A stretch of DNA of 57,345 nucleotides from an uncultured archaeon (GCA_902385225.1 CABMEU010000017.1:1-57345), one strand, 5' to 3'. Counted from the first letter of the stretch, positions 26,361-35,329 are shown. Made by a program: numbers and translations. Notes: generated from the sequence alone by a model not told the origin.

Positions 26361-27188
26361 TTACATCTTGTTCTCCAAGTAACTTGGAGCAAACTTCTGC
26401 CCTATTCTAATCAGAACATTCTTTTTGTGGCGGGGAGTGGAATTGTACTTTTCCGCAAGGGCGGAATACTCTCTTTTTAATTCATCAAAAGAAGGAATTG
26501 CTTTTCCTTTTAGCAAATCAAATATTGCGGGGTTACGGCAAGCGCCCCTCCCAATCATCACACCCTTAACACCCATTTTCTTTACTTCGTGAAGTGCCTT
26601 TGGAGTCTCAATATCCCCATTCGCGATAATCTCTTTTCCGCTTGCAACGCACTCCTCAAACACAGAGTAATCAGGTTTGTCTTCGTATGTTTCCTCTCCT
26701 GTCCTTGCGTGCACAATAAAAAAATCGGGGTCGCTTCCGTTAATCAGATTCATATACACTTTAACCTTTTTCTCAAAAGCACTTGCGCCGAGACGGATTT
26801 TTAGCGAAACAGGGTAATTATACTTTCTTACAATATTGATTAGGCGATTAGCCTTAGTTACCCGCTTTACCATCGCGCACCCCCGCCCCACTCTTTGCAC
26901 CTCTGGAGCGGGACAGCCAAAATTAAAATTAAAACCCATAAATCCTTCGCTTGGCTTAAAACTCTTTAAATACTTCTCAAGCATCTCATCCTTCCCAGGG
27001 AGTATTTGTATTTGGGTTGGGGTGTTGTCAAGCCTAAGGGTTTTGTTCACTGTGGGCTTGTTATTCCTCGCAAGCCCGTCAATCTTAGCCATCTCAGTAA
27101 AAGTCAAATCCGCGCCGTGATTAAAACAAAGCCTGCGAAAAGCGGAATCAGTGTGCTCCTCCATCGGGGCGAGCATGAAGCGAAACAT
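26361..27188 (-). CDS. tRNA-dihydrouridine synthase (Dus family, FMN-dependent)
   Basis: LAPMEEHTDSAFRRLC, NFGCP, IVHART, MIGRGA. Confidence 0.85.
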   Translation of the reverse strand: MFRFMLAPMEEHTDSAFRRLCFNHGADLTFTEMAKIDGLARNNKPTVNKTLRLDNTPTQIQILPGKDEMLEKYLKSFKPSEGFMGFNFNFGCPAPEVQRVGRGCAMVKRVTKANRLINIVRKYNYPVSLKIRLGASAFEKKVKVYMNLINGSDPDFFIVHARTGEETYEDKPDYSVFEECVASGKEIIANGDIETPKALHEVKKMGVKGVMIGRGACRNPAIFDLLKGKAIPSFDELKREYSALAEKYNSTPRHKKNVLIRIGQKFAPSYLENKM

Positions 27189-27239
27189 ACAAATAATTCA
27201 ATTGGATTGTATTAAAAATAATGAGTCCTTAAGAGAAGA

Positions 27240-27250
27240 TTTAAGTAAAA
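27240..27250 (+). promoter_or_regulatory. TATA box TTTAAGTAAAA with conserved downstream GGTTTGGGGT
   Basis: 30 nt upstream of ATG 27270; about 30 of 36 nt identical to the 36954-36989 promoter. Confidence 0.6.
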
Positions 27251-27269
27251 GGTTTGGGGTTTATTTATT

Positions 27270-28019
27270 ATGGTCCTTAAACCAATTGACAAACGCATCC
27301 TAAAAAGGATGCGCGTGCTAATGAAGCGTGAACAAAAAAGAACGGGAAAGCCCATTCCAAAACGCGCACTAAGACTCTTTGGCAGACTTAGGAATATTGA
27401 TGAACGAAAAATAAGGGAATATGGTCACATCCCCGGATTTATTGAGGATGTTGGACGAAAAGCAAGACACCCTGGTTATGCTGTAAGGGTAATGCGGGTA
27501 AAGGGAACAAGCGGGATTGTGTTAAAATATCCAACACTCACAAACGAACACTATAAGGTTTCTCCAAGGGAAGAGATAAGGTTCACCCGAAGAATGGTTG
27601 AGCTGGTTAATCAAAAATTCCCAAATGGGGGATTTAGAATACTAAAACCAATTGGTTACCCAGTGGGACCATTTATTGCAATGAGAAAAACAAGCCTGCC
27701 CGTTGTCGATGATTTCTATCGCCCTGAAAGATTAACCCCCAAAGCCAAGAAAACGCTTGCGCGGTTATCAAAGCAAATGGGGATGAGTGAAGAAGAAATT
27801 AGAAAAAGAATTATTGAACTTGGGCACAAAATAGGATTTGAGGGGTGGCTTATGGCATACGAGAAAAAAATAAAACTCGCCAATTACCCCGCAGGCAGCG
27901 CTGTTACAAATCGAAAAGGAATAAGCTTTACTTTAGCCCCGCTTGACTCAAAGCACCTCCAAATAATCGGCCAAAAAGACGGAGTAATACAATTCGTGCC
28001 ATACATTGATTTGGCTTAA
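27270..28019 (+). CDS. Hypothetical protein (orphan), faint atypical-kinase-like C-terminus
   Basis: 249 aa, basic N-terminus MVLKPIDKRILKRMRVL. PLDSKHLQIIGQKDGVIQFVPYIDL loosely resembles a D.K..N catalytic loop plus (I/D)D(F/L) motif. Weak. Confidence 0.5.
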   Translation: MVLKPIDKRILKRMRVLMKREQKRTGKPIPKRALRLFGRLRNIDERKIREYGHIPGFIEDVGRKARHPGYAVRVMRVKGTSGIVLKYPTLTNEHYKVSPREEIRFTRRMVELVNQKFPNGGFRILKPIGYPVGPFIAMRKTSLPVVDDFYRPERLTPKAKKTLARLSKQMGMSEEEIRKRIIELGHKIGFEGWLMAYEKKIKLANYPAGSAVTNRKGISFTLAPLDSKHLQIIGQKDGVIQFVPYIDLA

Positions 28020-28040
28020 TAACTCTTCAAGGTAATCAAA

Positions 28041-28655
28041 ATGAATATCTTTCCAAAACTAAATGGAAGTTGGGCGAAGGTTAATCTTGATAAGGAATCA
28101 AGAGAATTAGCGCTTGATTATGCGAATCCTTTGGTGTGCGCTAAATGGGTTAATGGGATTCATGCCAAACTTGGTGTCGCTTATAGTTTTGGGGGGTTTC
28201 TTGAGGATAGGTCAAATATTTGGAGAAACACTTACTTAAAAGAAACAAAAAGTTTCATGCACCTTGGGATTGATTATAATGTTCCTGCTGGGACAAGTGT
28301 TGCTCTCCCAATTGACGCAAAGGTGTGCGAAATAGTAAGAAGCAAAGACGCCAATGGGGGGTGGGGCGGAGCAATTAAGTTCAATATAGCCGATTCTGAT
28401 GTGTTCTTTATCCTCGCCCACCTTGAACATAACATAAAATTAGGAAAAGGGGATTTTTGCAGGACAGGAGAGATTATCGGACGAACTGGTGAATCAAGCG
28501 AGAATGGAGGATGGTATCCTCACTTACACGCCCAGTTCTTCACAAAAAAATTTGATGATGCCTTTGGCGGAGCTTTCTCTAAATTAGATGGTTACCTGCC
28601 AAAAGGGAGTGAACTAATAAAACAAGTGATTAATCCTAAGAATTATATTAAATAA
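28041..28655 (+). CDS. M23 (LytM-type) metallopeptidase domain protein, no signal peptide
   Basis: HLGIDYNVPAGTSVALPIDAKV (HxxxD) and PHLHAQF (HxH). Confidence 0.7.
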   Translation: MNIFPKLNGSWAKVNLDKESRELALDYANPLVCAKWVNGIHAKLGVAYSFGGFLEDRSNIWRNTYLKETKSFMHLGIDYNVPAGTSVALPIDAKVCEIVRSKDANGGWGGAIKFNIADSDVFFILAHLEHNIKLGKGDFCRTGEIIGRTGESSENGGWYPHLHAQFFTKKFDDAFGGAFSKLDGYLPKGSELIKQVINPKNYIK

Positions 28656-28677
28656 AACTTTTGAGCGGTTCTAAGAA

Positions 28678-29304
28678 CTACTTCTCCATCCACATTCTCA
28701 AAAAGTGTCCTATAATCAAGAAAGCATAGCCTAGAACCAAAAACACCAAGAATATCTCAAGCACATGCGTGGAGAGGGAATAAGAAACACTTGCAATAAA
28801 AGGGTCCTGCGCGGAAACATTAACCGCCATGAACACAGCGCCAATTAACCACGCAACAAACGCAATTGCGGCGCTTGTAATCACCGGTCTAAAGAAATGC
28901 TTAAAGTGCCCCATTAACCTTGAAATGTATTTAGCGTAATTGAAAATTAATCCAGCGGCAAAGAACCATGGAAGATTATTCATTACAAATCCGGTTAATG
29001 CGGAAAGGAAAGTGCTTCCTAACCCGAGGTTAAGCCAATTAACAATTGCCACAATAATTATCAAAACAACAATACCAACAATGCTTCCAGCTAACGGACC
29101 AATTACTCCAAGCGGGGAGCAGTGCCACTTACAATCTTTTTCAAAATGTTTCCCTTTCTTCTCAAATCTTGCTTCAAGCCTCTTCCCAAAAGCTTCCCCT
29201 TTTTTCTCCATCTTCTTTCCAAAGCGCTCGCCCCACTCTTCCCAATATTCTTCATCGCTCATGCGGCGTTTGGTTGTTTTTGCTTTTTTAGCCATTAAAA
29301 TCAA
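28678..29304 (-). CDS. Hypothetical membrane protein with charged N-terminal domain
   Basis: 208 aa. Lys/Glu-rich N-terminus followed by 4 TM. A minus-strand TATA GTTTAAATA starts 29 nt upstream of TTG 29304. Confidence 0.6.
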   Translation of the reverse strand: MILMAKKAKTTKRRMSDEEYWEEWGERFGKKMEKKGEAFGKRLEARFEKKGKHFEKDCKWHCSPLGVIGPLAGSIVGIVVLIIIVAIVNWLNLGLGSTFLSALTGFVMNNLPWFFAAGLIFNYAKYISRLMGHFKHFFRPVITSAAIAFVAWLIGAVFMAVNVSAQDPFIASVSYSLSTHVLEIFLVFLVLGYAFLIIGHFLRMWMEK

Positions 29305-29422
29305 TTAGAGAAACAACTTTCAACTATTTAAACTTTATTTTTCAATTGGTTCAGGGATTTTATCAAAATTCAGTTCAACACCAAAATGTTAAGTTTAAAT
29401 AATCAAAAAACCTTTTCTAATC

Positions 29423-29731
29423 ATGGCAAAAGCAAAACAAGCACCGCAGGCGCCCTCAATGTTTGGAAACCTGTTTGACGGGTTTAAGGAAAATATTATT
29501 GGCGCGGTTGGGAAGATAATTAAGGAAAAAATCGTTAAGATGGAGAAAATGGTAATTGAAATCGCATTAAGCCTCGTGTTCTTCATAATGGGAATTCTTT
29601 TCATCTTAATCGCGATAATGTTTTTCCTAAAAAAATATGTTCACTTGAGTTATTTTGGAAGTTTTTTAGTAGTGGGAGTAATCGCATTCATCATCGCGTT
29701 AGTGGTGTATAAATTCGCGAATAAGAGCTAA
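29423..29731 (+). CDS. YqjE/DUF1469-like (holin-X-like) small membrane protein
   Basis: 102 aa with an amphipathic N-terminus and 2 TM. Paired with a DUF883-like gene, as in the bacterial yqjD-yqjE arrangement. Confidence 0.45.
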   Translation: MAKAKQAPQAPSMFGNLFDGFKENIIGAVGKIIKEKIVKMEKMVIEIALSLVFFIMGILFILIAIMFFLKKYVHLSYFGSFLVVGVIAFIIALVVYKFANKS

Positions 29732-29750
29732 TTTTTAGAAAAAAAACTTA

Positions 29751-30017
29751 ATGGAGGGAAACAAAATGGCTAAAGCAAAAAAATCAAACCCGGCAATTGA
29801 ACGCGCGAAGAAAGAAGCACAAAAAGCTTTGATAATCGCAAGAAAAGATGCTAAGGCGGCACTCGCTAAAGCAAAAGCTAAGTTCAAAGAAGCTGAGAAA
29901 CACTTGGATAAGAAAATCCAAACACACCCAGAACAAGCAGTGCTTGTTGCGGGCGCAATCGGAGCCGCAGTAGGCGGACTTGTTGCATACAGCGTTCTTA
30001 AGAACAAGAAAAAGTGA
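29751..30017 (+). CDS. DUF883 (YqjD/ElaB-like) tail-anchored protein
   Basis: Ala/Lys-rich helix followed by HPEQAVLVAGAIGAAVGGLVAY, a C-terminal TM typical of DUF883. Confidence 0.55.
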   Translation: MEGNKMAKAKKSNPAIERAKKEAQKALIIARKDAKAALAKAKAKFKEAEKHLDKKIQTHPEQAVLVAGAIGAAVGGLVAYSVLKNKKK

Positions 30018-30029
30018 ATTGTTTAGTTA

Positions 30030-30069
30030 ATGGCCGGGGAGAGACTTTTCGGCCATTTTTCTATTTTTT
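30030..30069. terminator. Bidirectional terminator-like hairpin between convergent genes
   Basis: Stem ATGGCCG (30030-30036) / CGGCCAT (30050-30056), then TTTTTCTATTTTTTT. Confidence 0.55.
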
Positions 30070-30720
30070 TTAATACTTAAGCAGCATATATAATTTCCCG
30101 TCTTCGGCGTATTTTGGCGTGAATTTCTTAAAACCCATATCTTTGTATAATCTAATAGCCCCCTTATTTGACTTATCTGTGTAAGTATAGAGAAATTTTA
30201 CTCCATCCCTCTTAGCCATTCTTTTTGCGGCAGCCACGGTCTCCGCGACGAGCTGTCTTGAGAGCCCCTCCCTCCTAAACCAAAGATTTGTCGCAAGGTC
30301 AGAGAACAGAATTGCTTTTTGTCCCTCGAATGTTCTTTCATGAAAAGAAGCCGAAGCGATTTCATTGCCAAGAGCGGTAATAATATGAACGCTCCCGCCG
30401 GGAACAATTTGCCCCTCCTTGGTTCTTACAGTCCCAATAACCGCTTTTTGAACTAAACCCTTCCTGAAAAAAACAGCGTTTCCTATCCTGCTCCCGTATT
30501 TGAGCCTCCGCCTGTACTGGATTTCTCCATTATGCTCTGCCTCGCGCTCCTTTAATCCGACAGCGATAAGCTCGGTTTGTGTGAGCCTCTTTAGCGGTTT
30601 TAGCGCACTAGAAAGTCTTTGCTTCCCTCTTGAAACAATTGCAATTACTCTTTTCATAATATAACTAAATGCCCCCTTGCTTCTTATACTTTTTTGTGGC
30701 AATAATTCAAAAAATTCCAA
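30070..30720 (-). CDS. GNAT-domain protein with ~90-aa N-terminal extension
   Basis: The C-terminal half, FRREGLSRQLVAETVAAAKRMAKRDGVKFLYTYTDKSNKGAIRLYKDMGFKKF, carries GNAT motifs A/B. Confidence 0.6.
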   Translation of the reverse strand: MEFFELLPQKSIRSKGAFSYIMKRVIAIVSRGKQRLSSALKPLKRLTQTELIAVGLKEREAEHNGEIQYRRRLKYGSRIGNAVFFRKGLVQKAVIGTVRTKEGQIVPGGSVHIITALGNEIASASFHERTFEGQKAILFSDLATNLWFRREGLSRQLVAETVAAAKRMAKRDGVKFLYTYTDKSNKGAIRLYKDMGFKKFTPKYAEDGKLYMLLKY

Positions 30721-30787
30721 GCCGGCATAACCAGCGGGAAAAAGAGTTTGAGGAATAAATAAATACTCAAAAGCCCTCTACTTTGCT

Positions 30788-31630
30788 ATGAAACAGCTGT
30801 TTGAAACAAACCTAATTCTTGGAGTAATATGTATTTTTGCGGTTTGCCTGCTGGCTGCCACGCTTGGCTGTGTCGGCTCTAGTGGACCGGTCGACTTTGT
30901 GAAAGAAGCAAACATAAGTCTGGATAAAGAAATTGATTCCAGTGTGAGCATATCCCTCGCCTCAACAATTCCTCCTGAGAACTCAAGCAAAACAGTCTTT
31001 GAGACAGGAGAAGCAATTTATCCTATGGAAGAAGGACTGAAGATTGGGGATAAGTTTGCTTTTAGGGTAGCGGACGAGAATGGCGCTGTAATAATCCCGC
31101 TGGATGAGTATCCTTACTCCACAATTAAGCAAGAAGGAGGCGCGGGGTCAGGAACAATAAATACAGACAAAGTAAATCTTTTGTATGAAGGAAATTACAC
31201 GCTTCAACTAGTAAAAATTGATTCCAATAACACAAAAGCAACCATAGTCTCTGAAAAAAACTTTAGCGTAACACGAAGATACTCAAAAGAAATCCTGGCA
31301 AATTTAAGGTTCTGGCTCACTAAAGAAGAAAGACCGGATGCGGAAGAATTTTTGGAACTTGATTTAACCGGAATCGACCAAATCAACTTTGCTGTCTGGG
31401 GCGAAGCTCCAAAAGACGGGAGAGAGATTAATGGGCGGGCAATTATGGTGAGAGAGGATTATGACGGGAATGTGCTTACAGAAAGCGGACCGTGGGACTA
31501 CCCATTCACACTCCTTCCAGGCGTAGCACAAAAACTAAACGGGATGAGCGGACACCCCTACCCCGGCACTTATCATGTGAAAATCATTATTGATAATGAA
31601 CTAATCAAGGAATATCGGGTTAAAGTCTGA
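30788..31630 (+). CDS. Secreted lipoprotein, unknown function
   Basis: Signal peptide with lipobox LLAATLGC; 280 aa. Confidence 0.6.
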   Translation: MKQLFETNLILGVICIFAVCLLAATLGCVGSSGPVDFVKEANISLDKEIDSSVSISLASTIPPENSSKTVFETGEAIYPMEEGLKIGDKFAFRVADENGAVIIPLDEYPYSTIKQEGGAGSGTINTDKVNLLYEGNYTLQLVKIDSNNTKATIVSEKNFSVTRRYSKEILANLRFWLTKEERPDAEEFLELDLTGIDQINFAVWGEAPKDGREINGRAIMVREDYDGNVLTESGPWDYPFTLLPGVAQKLNGMSGHPYPGTYHVKIIIDNELIKEYRVKV

Positions 31631-31678
31631 TTCTTTTTTGGAGAAGGTTTAAATTACACTTCGGGCGTTAATACTTTT

Positions 31679-32458
31679 ATGATTCGAAGGTCGCTTAATA
31701 TTGTAGGTTTAGGCGAGGGATTAAGAGGTAAGAAAGCAGTGGATCTTGCGCTAAAGCATCCAAAGCATATTTTTGTCGGGGTGGATTCTCATCCGCTTTC
31801 TGAGTATGGGCGCTACTTAAAATCCCGCGGGGTAAAAGAAAAACCGCGCAATTTAACCATAAAGAATAGTACTGGCGCCTTTGAGTATCTTGCTTCGCAA
31901 AAAGAAGCGAGCGTTGATCATGCGTATGCCCACTTTTTGTTTCAGCATGTGTCTTACGCTGAACGCCAGAAAATTTATTCACAATTAATGCGAACAATGC
32001 GCCCCGGAACCAGATTTGTTACTATTGAAGAAGCGAATTATATAACACAATTGCCGCTTGAATTGAGAAACACGGGTTTTATTGTGAGCGTTAAACGCAT
32101 TGGGGCTGAGGAACTGTTAAAACTTGATACTGATAATGGGGAGATGAATGCAAAGCACCATCTTACTGTTCAAAAAAATCGGCGTGCATTACAATCACTT
32201 TTTCAAAACGCTGCCCCCTCAACACTTGCGCAATTGAAATTAATGGGGATGGCTACGAGTTTAGAGGGCACGATGAAATTTGATATGGAAACTTTTAGAA
32301 GAACAATCGGGGAGAAGTGGGCGATGATTGAAGGCAGAACTCCTTCAAAGGATGCGCGAAGAGCGGTTGAAAGAATACTTCGCGATGTGAATCATGTTTA
32401 CACAGATACTCCATGGGTTGTAATCACAGCAAGAAAACCAATGCTAAAAAAGGAGTGA
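31679..32458 (+). CDS. Orphan, divergent methyltransferase-fold (TrmB-like layout) protein; array gene 1
   Basis: IVGLGEGLRGKKAVDLALKHPKHIFVGVD ... GVKEKPRNLTIKN ... MRPGTRFVTIE. TATA GGTTTAAATTA 31 nt upstream. Confidence 0.5.
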   Translation: MIRRSLNIVGLGEGLRGKKAVDLALKHPKHIFVGVDSHPLSEYGRYLKSRGVKEKPRNLTIKNSTGAFEYLASQKEASVDHAYAHFLFQHVSYAERQKIYSQLMRTMRPGTRFVTIEEANYITQLPLELRNTGFIVSVKRIGAEELLKLDTDNGEMNAKHHLTVQKNRRALQSLFQNAAPSTLAQLKLMGMATSLEGTMKFDMETFRRTIGEKWAMIEGRTPSKDARRAVERILRDVNHVYTDTPWVVITARKPMLKKE

Positions 32459-32460
32459 GC

Positions 32461-32478
32461 ACTCACTTTTTTATAGTT
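32461..32478 (+). promoter_or_regulatory. Boundary element ACTCACTTTTTTATAGTT (post-stop head fused to the TATA of the next gene)
   Basis: Starts 3 nt after the stop at 32456-32458. Identical 18-mer at 34028-34045. ATG 32498 follows. Confidence 0.6.
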
Positions 32479-32497
32479 CAAGCAATTTGATTTGTTT

Positions 32498-33055
32498 ATG
32501 GTAAGAAGAAATCTTGTTCGAGCTGATTATCACCAAGTTGAACTTGGTGCCGGGGCAGAGGGGTGGTCAATGGCAAATAAGGCTAGAAAGGACCCAAGCA
32601 GAAAATATTTGGCAACTGATTTTAAATTGGTTAATAGGAAAAGATACGTTGCAGAAAATGCTAAGTGGGGCGTAAAGCCATTTCCAAGGAATCTTCACTT
32701 TCTAAAAGGAGGAGCATTAACTGTTATACATAAACTAAAGTTGCAAGGGAAGAAAACTGAGAAAATTATTGTTGCCATGGGCACAGGGCACTTGCTAAAC
32801 CCGTTCTATTTGGGAAGAATAGCAAAACATTCAAAAGAAGTCCTTGCTGCTAATGGGGTGATTTACTTTGTTTCCACTTGGAAACCCAAATATTTTGAGG
32901 AAAAAGTAGTGCCGCTGTTTGAGAAAGAAGGGTTTAGATTCAAACAATTAAAACGAAATGTTAAGCGCCAGATGGAACACAGTTCAAAAGCAGCAGATTT
33001 TCACATTGAGTATGGGCAAGTACAATGGGAATATGAGTTTAGACTGCGTAAATGA
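32498..33055 (+). CDS. Orphan, paralog-like of array gene 1 (degenerate methyltransferase fold); array gene 2
   Basis: VELGAGAEGWSMANKARKDPSRKYLATD ... GVKPFPRNLHFLKG parallels gene 1. ATG 32498 preferred over the track's TTG 32492. Confidence 0.5.
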   Translation: MVRRNLVRADYHQVELGAGAEGWSMANKARKDPSRKYLATDFKLVNRKRYVAENAKWGVKPFPRNLHFLKGGALTVIHKLKLQGKKTEKIIVAMGTGHLLNPFYLGRIAKHSKEVLAANGVIYFVSTWKPKYFEEKVVPLFEKEGFRFKQLKRNVKRQMEHSSKAADFHIEYGQVQWEYEFRLRK

Positions 33056-33077
33056 CTCACTTTGTTGGACACTTTTT
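33055..33077 (+). repeat. Post-stop boundary motif ACTCACTTTGTTGGACACTTTTT (copy 1)
   Basis: Overlaps the last base of the TGA stop. Two CACTTT half-sites at 12-nt spacing, ending in T5. Confidence 0.7.
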
Positions 33078-33121
33078 CTAAGTATTAGGTTTTTTATTTA
33101 AAAGAGTGTATACTTCTTTAG

Positions 33122-34012
33122 ATGCCTGTACCTATTCAACTGAAAAAATTCTATTTGGAGCATTTGCCTCCAAGGGATAGAATTGCCCTTGGGAATGCAA
33201 TAACTCGGCTTGGCGTGGAACGCACCTTGGACGCAGCGCAGGCACATAAGGCGCTTGAGTTTCATGAAAAAACTGGGGTGCCGTTAAAGTTAGCAATAGA
33301 AGCCCAATTGGTCCCGGCAAATAATGCGCTGCGTAATCCTGTTGCAATGCACACTGCAAAAAATCTGCATTCTTCCTTTAGGATGACAACAAAAGGGGGG
33401 AAAGTCAATGTCTCAACAAGCTTTGCAACAAGGACATCTGCCGCTGCAAGAGCACGCTCAAGAATTGACGGATTGCACCAATTTACTGCAATTTCTTTTC
33501 GTGTTATTCCTTCAAGTTCAGAATTTAAAAAATTCAATTCGCCTAATTTGGCGTGGATAAAAGAAGCTGACCCGCGCAGAAGAGTTGATTTATCTAATCT
33601 GGATTTTGTTAAAGACCCCGGACCGCAATCATTTATGCTCATAGTTGAGGTTGGGTTTGCAAAAATAGGGCGAAAACCAGTACTGCTTCTCACTAATGCC
33701 CAATTCAGTAAAGTATACTACACATTATCTCCTTCCCAGAAGAAAATATTTAAAGGGGCTTATTCGCAATTACTTGAAAAAGCGCAATCCGCCAGCGGAA
33801 ATTTACCCTTGCTTATCCCAAGCAACAAAACCGTAAAAGAAATGCTTCAAAAGGTATTTGATCACTCGCCAAGCGACAAGGTGCTTGATGAATTCTATGA
33901 TGGTTTCTCAGAGAAAAGGGGCAGGAAAAGAACTTCGCTTAAAATAAGAAACCCTGTTAATGGAAAAAAACTTGAGGGAGAATTCTGGGTGAACAGACCG
34001 CAGCAGAAATAA
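33122..34012 (+). CDS. Orphan protein; array gene 3
   Basis: 296 aa, MPVPIQLKK N-terminus. TATA TTTATTTAAAAG 29 nt upstream. Confidence 0.55.
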   Translation: MPVPIQLKKFYLEHLPPRDRIALGNAITRLGVERTLDAAQAHKALEFHEKTGVPLKLAIEAQLVPANNALRNPVAMHTAKNLHSSFRMTTKGGKVNVSTSFATRTSAAARARSRIDGLHQFTAISFRVIPSSSEFKKFNSPNLAWIKEADPRRRVDLSNLDFVKDPGPQSFMLIVEVGFAKIGRKPVLLLTNAQFSKVYYTLSPSQKKIFKGAYSQLLEKAQSASGNLPLLIPSNKTVKEMLQKVFDHSPSDKVLDEFYDGFSEKRGRKRTSLKIRNPVNGKKLEGEFWVNRPQQK

Positions 34013-34027
34013 GTGTCTTTTCTTTAC

Positions 34028-34045
34028 ACTCACTTTTTTATAGTT
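34028..34045 (+). promoter_or_regulatory. Boundary element ACTCACTTTTTTATAGTT (second copy)
   Basis: Identical to 32461-32478. ATG 34065 follows at the same spacing. Confidence 0.6.
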
Positions 34046-34064
34046 TGGATGAGTTTGTTTTCTT

Positions 34065-34718
34065 ATGGTCAAAAATATCCCGGGATTTTTAATTGTTCCA
34101 AAAAAGACAAATTCCCCAAGAAAACTCTTGTTTAGTGTTTGGATTACTACTGGGTCCACCTCAAATCCTTTCTTTGTTACGGGCGGTCCAGCAAGGAATG
34201 CTATTGACGGGTTTTCCAGATGGAATCAGGGTGTGAGTGTTCGCATTGGGGAGATATCCTATTTACGCAATGATTCGGAACTAAAGCAGCGTTTATTTGG
34301 GCATGACCCAAAATCCCTTCAAAGAGTTAATGCTGAGGAAAAGGAACGCCGTGCTAAACACCATTTTGGGGAGAAACCCATTTACACTTATGAGTTCTTC
34401 CCGTTTGGCAAAGTCCAAGAGGTTTTTGGCGGAAAAGGAATTGCGGCGCGCATTGAGCGAGTCACGCTTCAGGAACTACTACGCGTCGCCCCAAAAGCAA
34501 TTCTTTATCCTTCTTTATTCATGACAGAATTAAGGGAAAAGCAGCTCAAGAGCAGGGGCGTGAAAATTGAGTACGGCACGCAGCCCCTCTACGCACAAAA
34601 TATCTTACAGGCAATTAACAGACAAATACGCAGACAAAAAGTAAAGCACCGCCCAAAGGAACCAGCTGAGAGGCTCGTATACGCAAGACTTGCGGGAAAA
34701 AAATTAAGGAATTGGTAA
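34065..34718 (+). CDS. Orphan protein, possibly GNAT-like; array gene 4
   Basis: 217 aa. FGGKGIAARIERVTLQELL is reminiscent of GNAT motif A. Weak. Confidence 0.5.
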   Translation: MVKNIPGFLIVPKKTNSPRKLLFSVWITTGSTSNPFFVTGGPARNAIDGFSRWNQGVSVRIGEISYLRNDSELKQRLFGHDPKSLQRVNAEEKERRAKHHFGEKPIYTYEFFPFGKVQEVFGGKGIAARIERVTLQELLRVAPKAILYPSLFMTELREKQLKSRGVKIEYGTQPLYAQNILQAINRQIRRQKVKHRPKEPAERLVYARLAGKKLRNW

Positions 34719-34724
34719 AGAGAG

Positions 34725-34747
34725 ACTCACTTTGTTGGACACTTTTT
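34725..34747 (+). repeat. Post-stop boundary motif ACTCACTTTGTTGGACACTTTTT (copy 2, identical to copy 1)
   Basis: Starts 7 nt after the stop at 34716-34718. Confidence 0.7.
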
Positions 34748-34801
34748 GGATTTACCCGCTTTTTAGGAAAAGATTTAAACCGAATCTAACTTATTTTTGT
34801 T

Positions 34802-35305
34802 ATGCAAATCCGCAGCGCAACTATAAATGATTTTGATGCGATTTTCTCTATTGTTAATGAGTGTAAAGCGGATATGAAATCCCGCGGGCTTGAACAGTGG
34901 CCCTCCCATCACCCCTCAAAGGAAACCATTTTGAAAGGGATAAACTCCGGGAATCATTTTGTTATACTTGAGAATAATCAAATCGTTGGAGGGGTTTTAC
35001 TTAATCACTCCCCTGATGAGCAATACAAACTCGTGAAGTGGGAAATTACTGATACAAATCCTTTGATTGTTCATCGTTTAGCGATTTCCCCAAAGCACCA
35101 GGGGAAAGGAATCGCGCAGGAATTAATGAAATACGCGGAGGAACTCGCAAAAAAAGATGGTTCCAAAAGTATTCGCCTTGATACTTACAGCACAAACAAA
35201 GCCTCAAACAAATTCTACCAAAAACTCGGCTACAAACACGCCGGAACAATAAAGATGCTCCAATACATGCCTGGGGAATATAATTGCTATGAAAAGAAGG
35301 TTTAA
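34802..35305 (+). CDS. GNAT family N-acetyltransferase; array gene 5
   Basis: LAISPKHQGKGIAQELMKYAEELAKKDG...NKASNKFYQKLGYKH. Confidence 0.9.
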   Translation: MQIRSATINDFDAIFSIVNECKADMKSRGLEQWPSHHPSKETILKGINSGNHFVILENNQIVGGVLLNHSPDEQYKLVKWEITDTNPLIVHRLAISPKHQGKGIAQELMKYAEELAKKDGSKSIRLDTYSTNKASNKFYQKLGYKHAGTIKMLQYMPGEYNCYEKKV

Positions 35306-35311
35306 GTAAAA
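35301..35311 (+). promoter_or_regulatory. TATA box TTTAAGTAAAA containing the GNAT stop codon
   Basis: The TAA stop (35303-35305) lies inside the box. 29 nt upstream of ATG 35330. Confidence 0.6.
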
Positions 35312-35329
35312 CCTTGGCGTGTTTTATTT

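Noticed and set aside
33064-33070. The boundary motif contains GTTGGAC (and GTTGGGC at 38811), which fits the integron attC R' core consensus GTTRRRY. This raised the idea of an integron cassette array.
   Set aside because: Two of the four good copies read CTTGGA(C/T). I found no paired inverse core (RYYYAAC) or imperfect palindrome of attC size around the motifs, and no integrase is in the window. The match to a 7-nt degenerate consensus is probably chance. Kept only as something a formal attC and IntI search could exclude.
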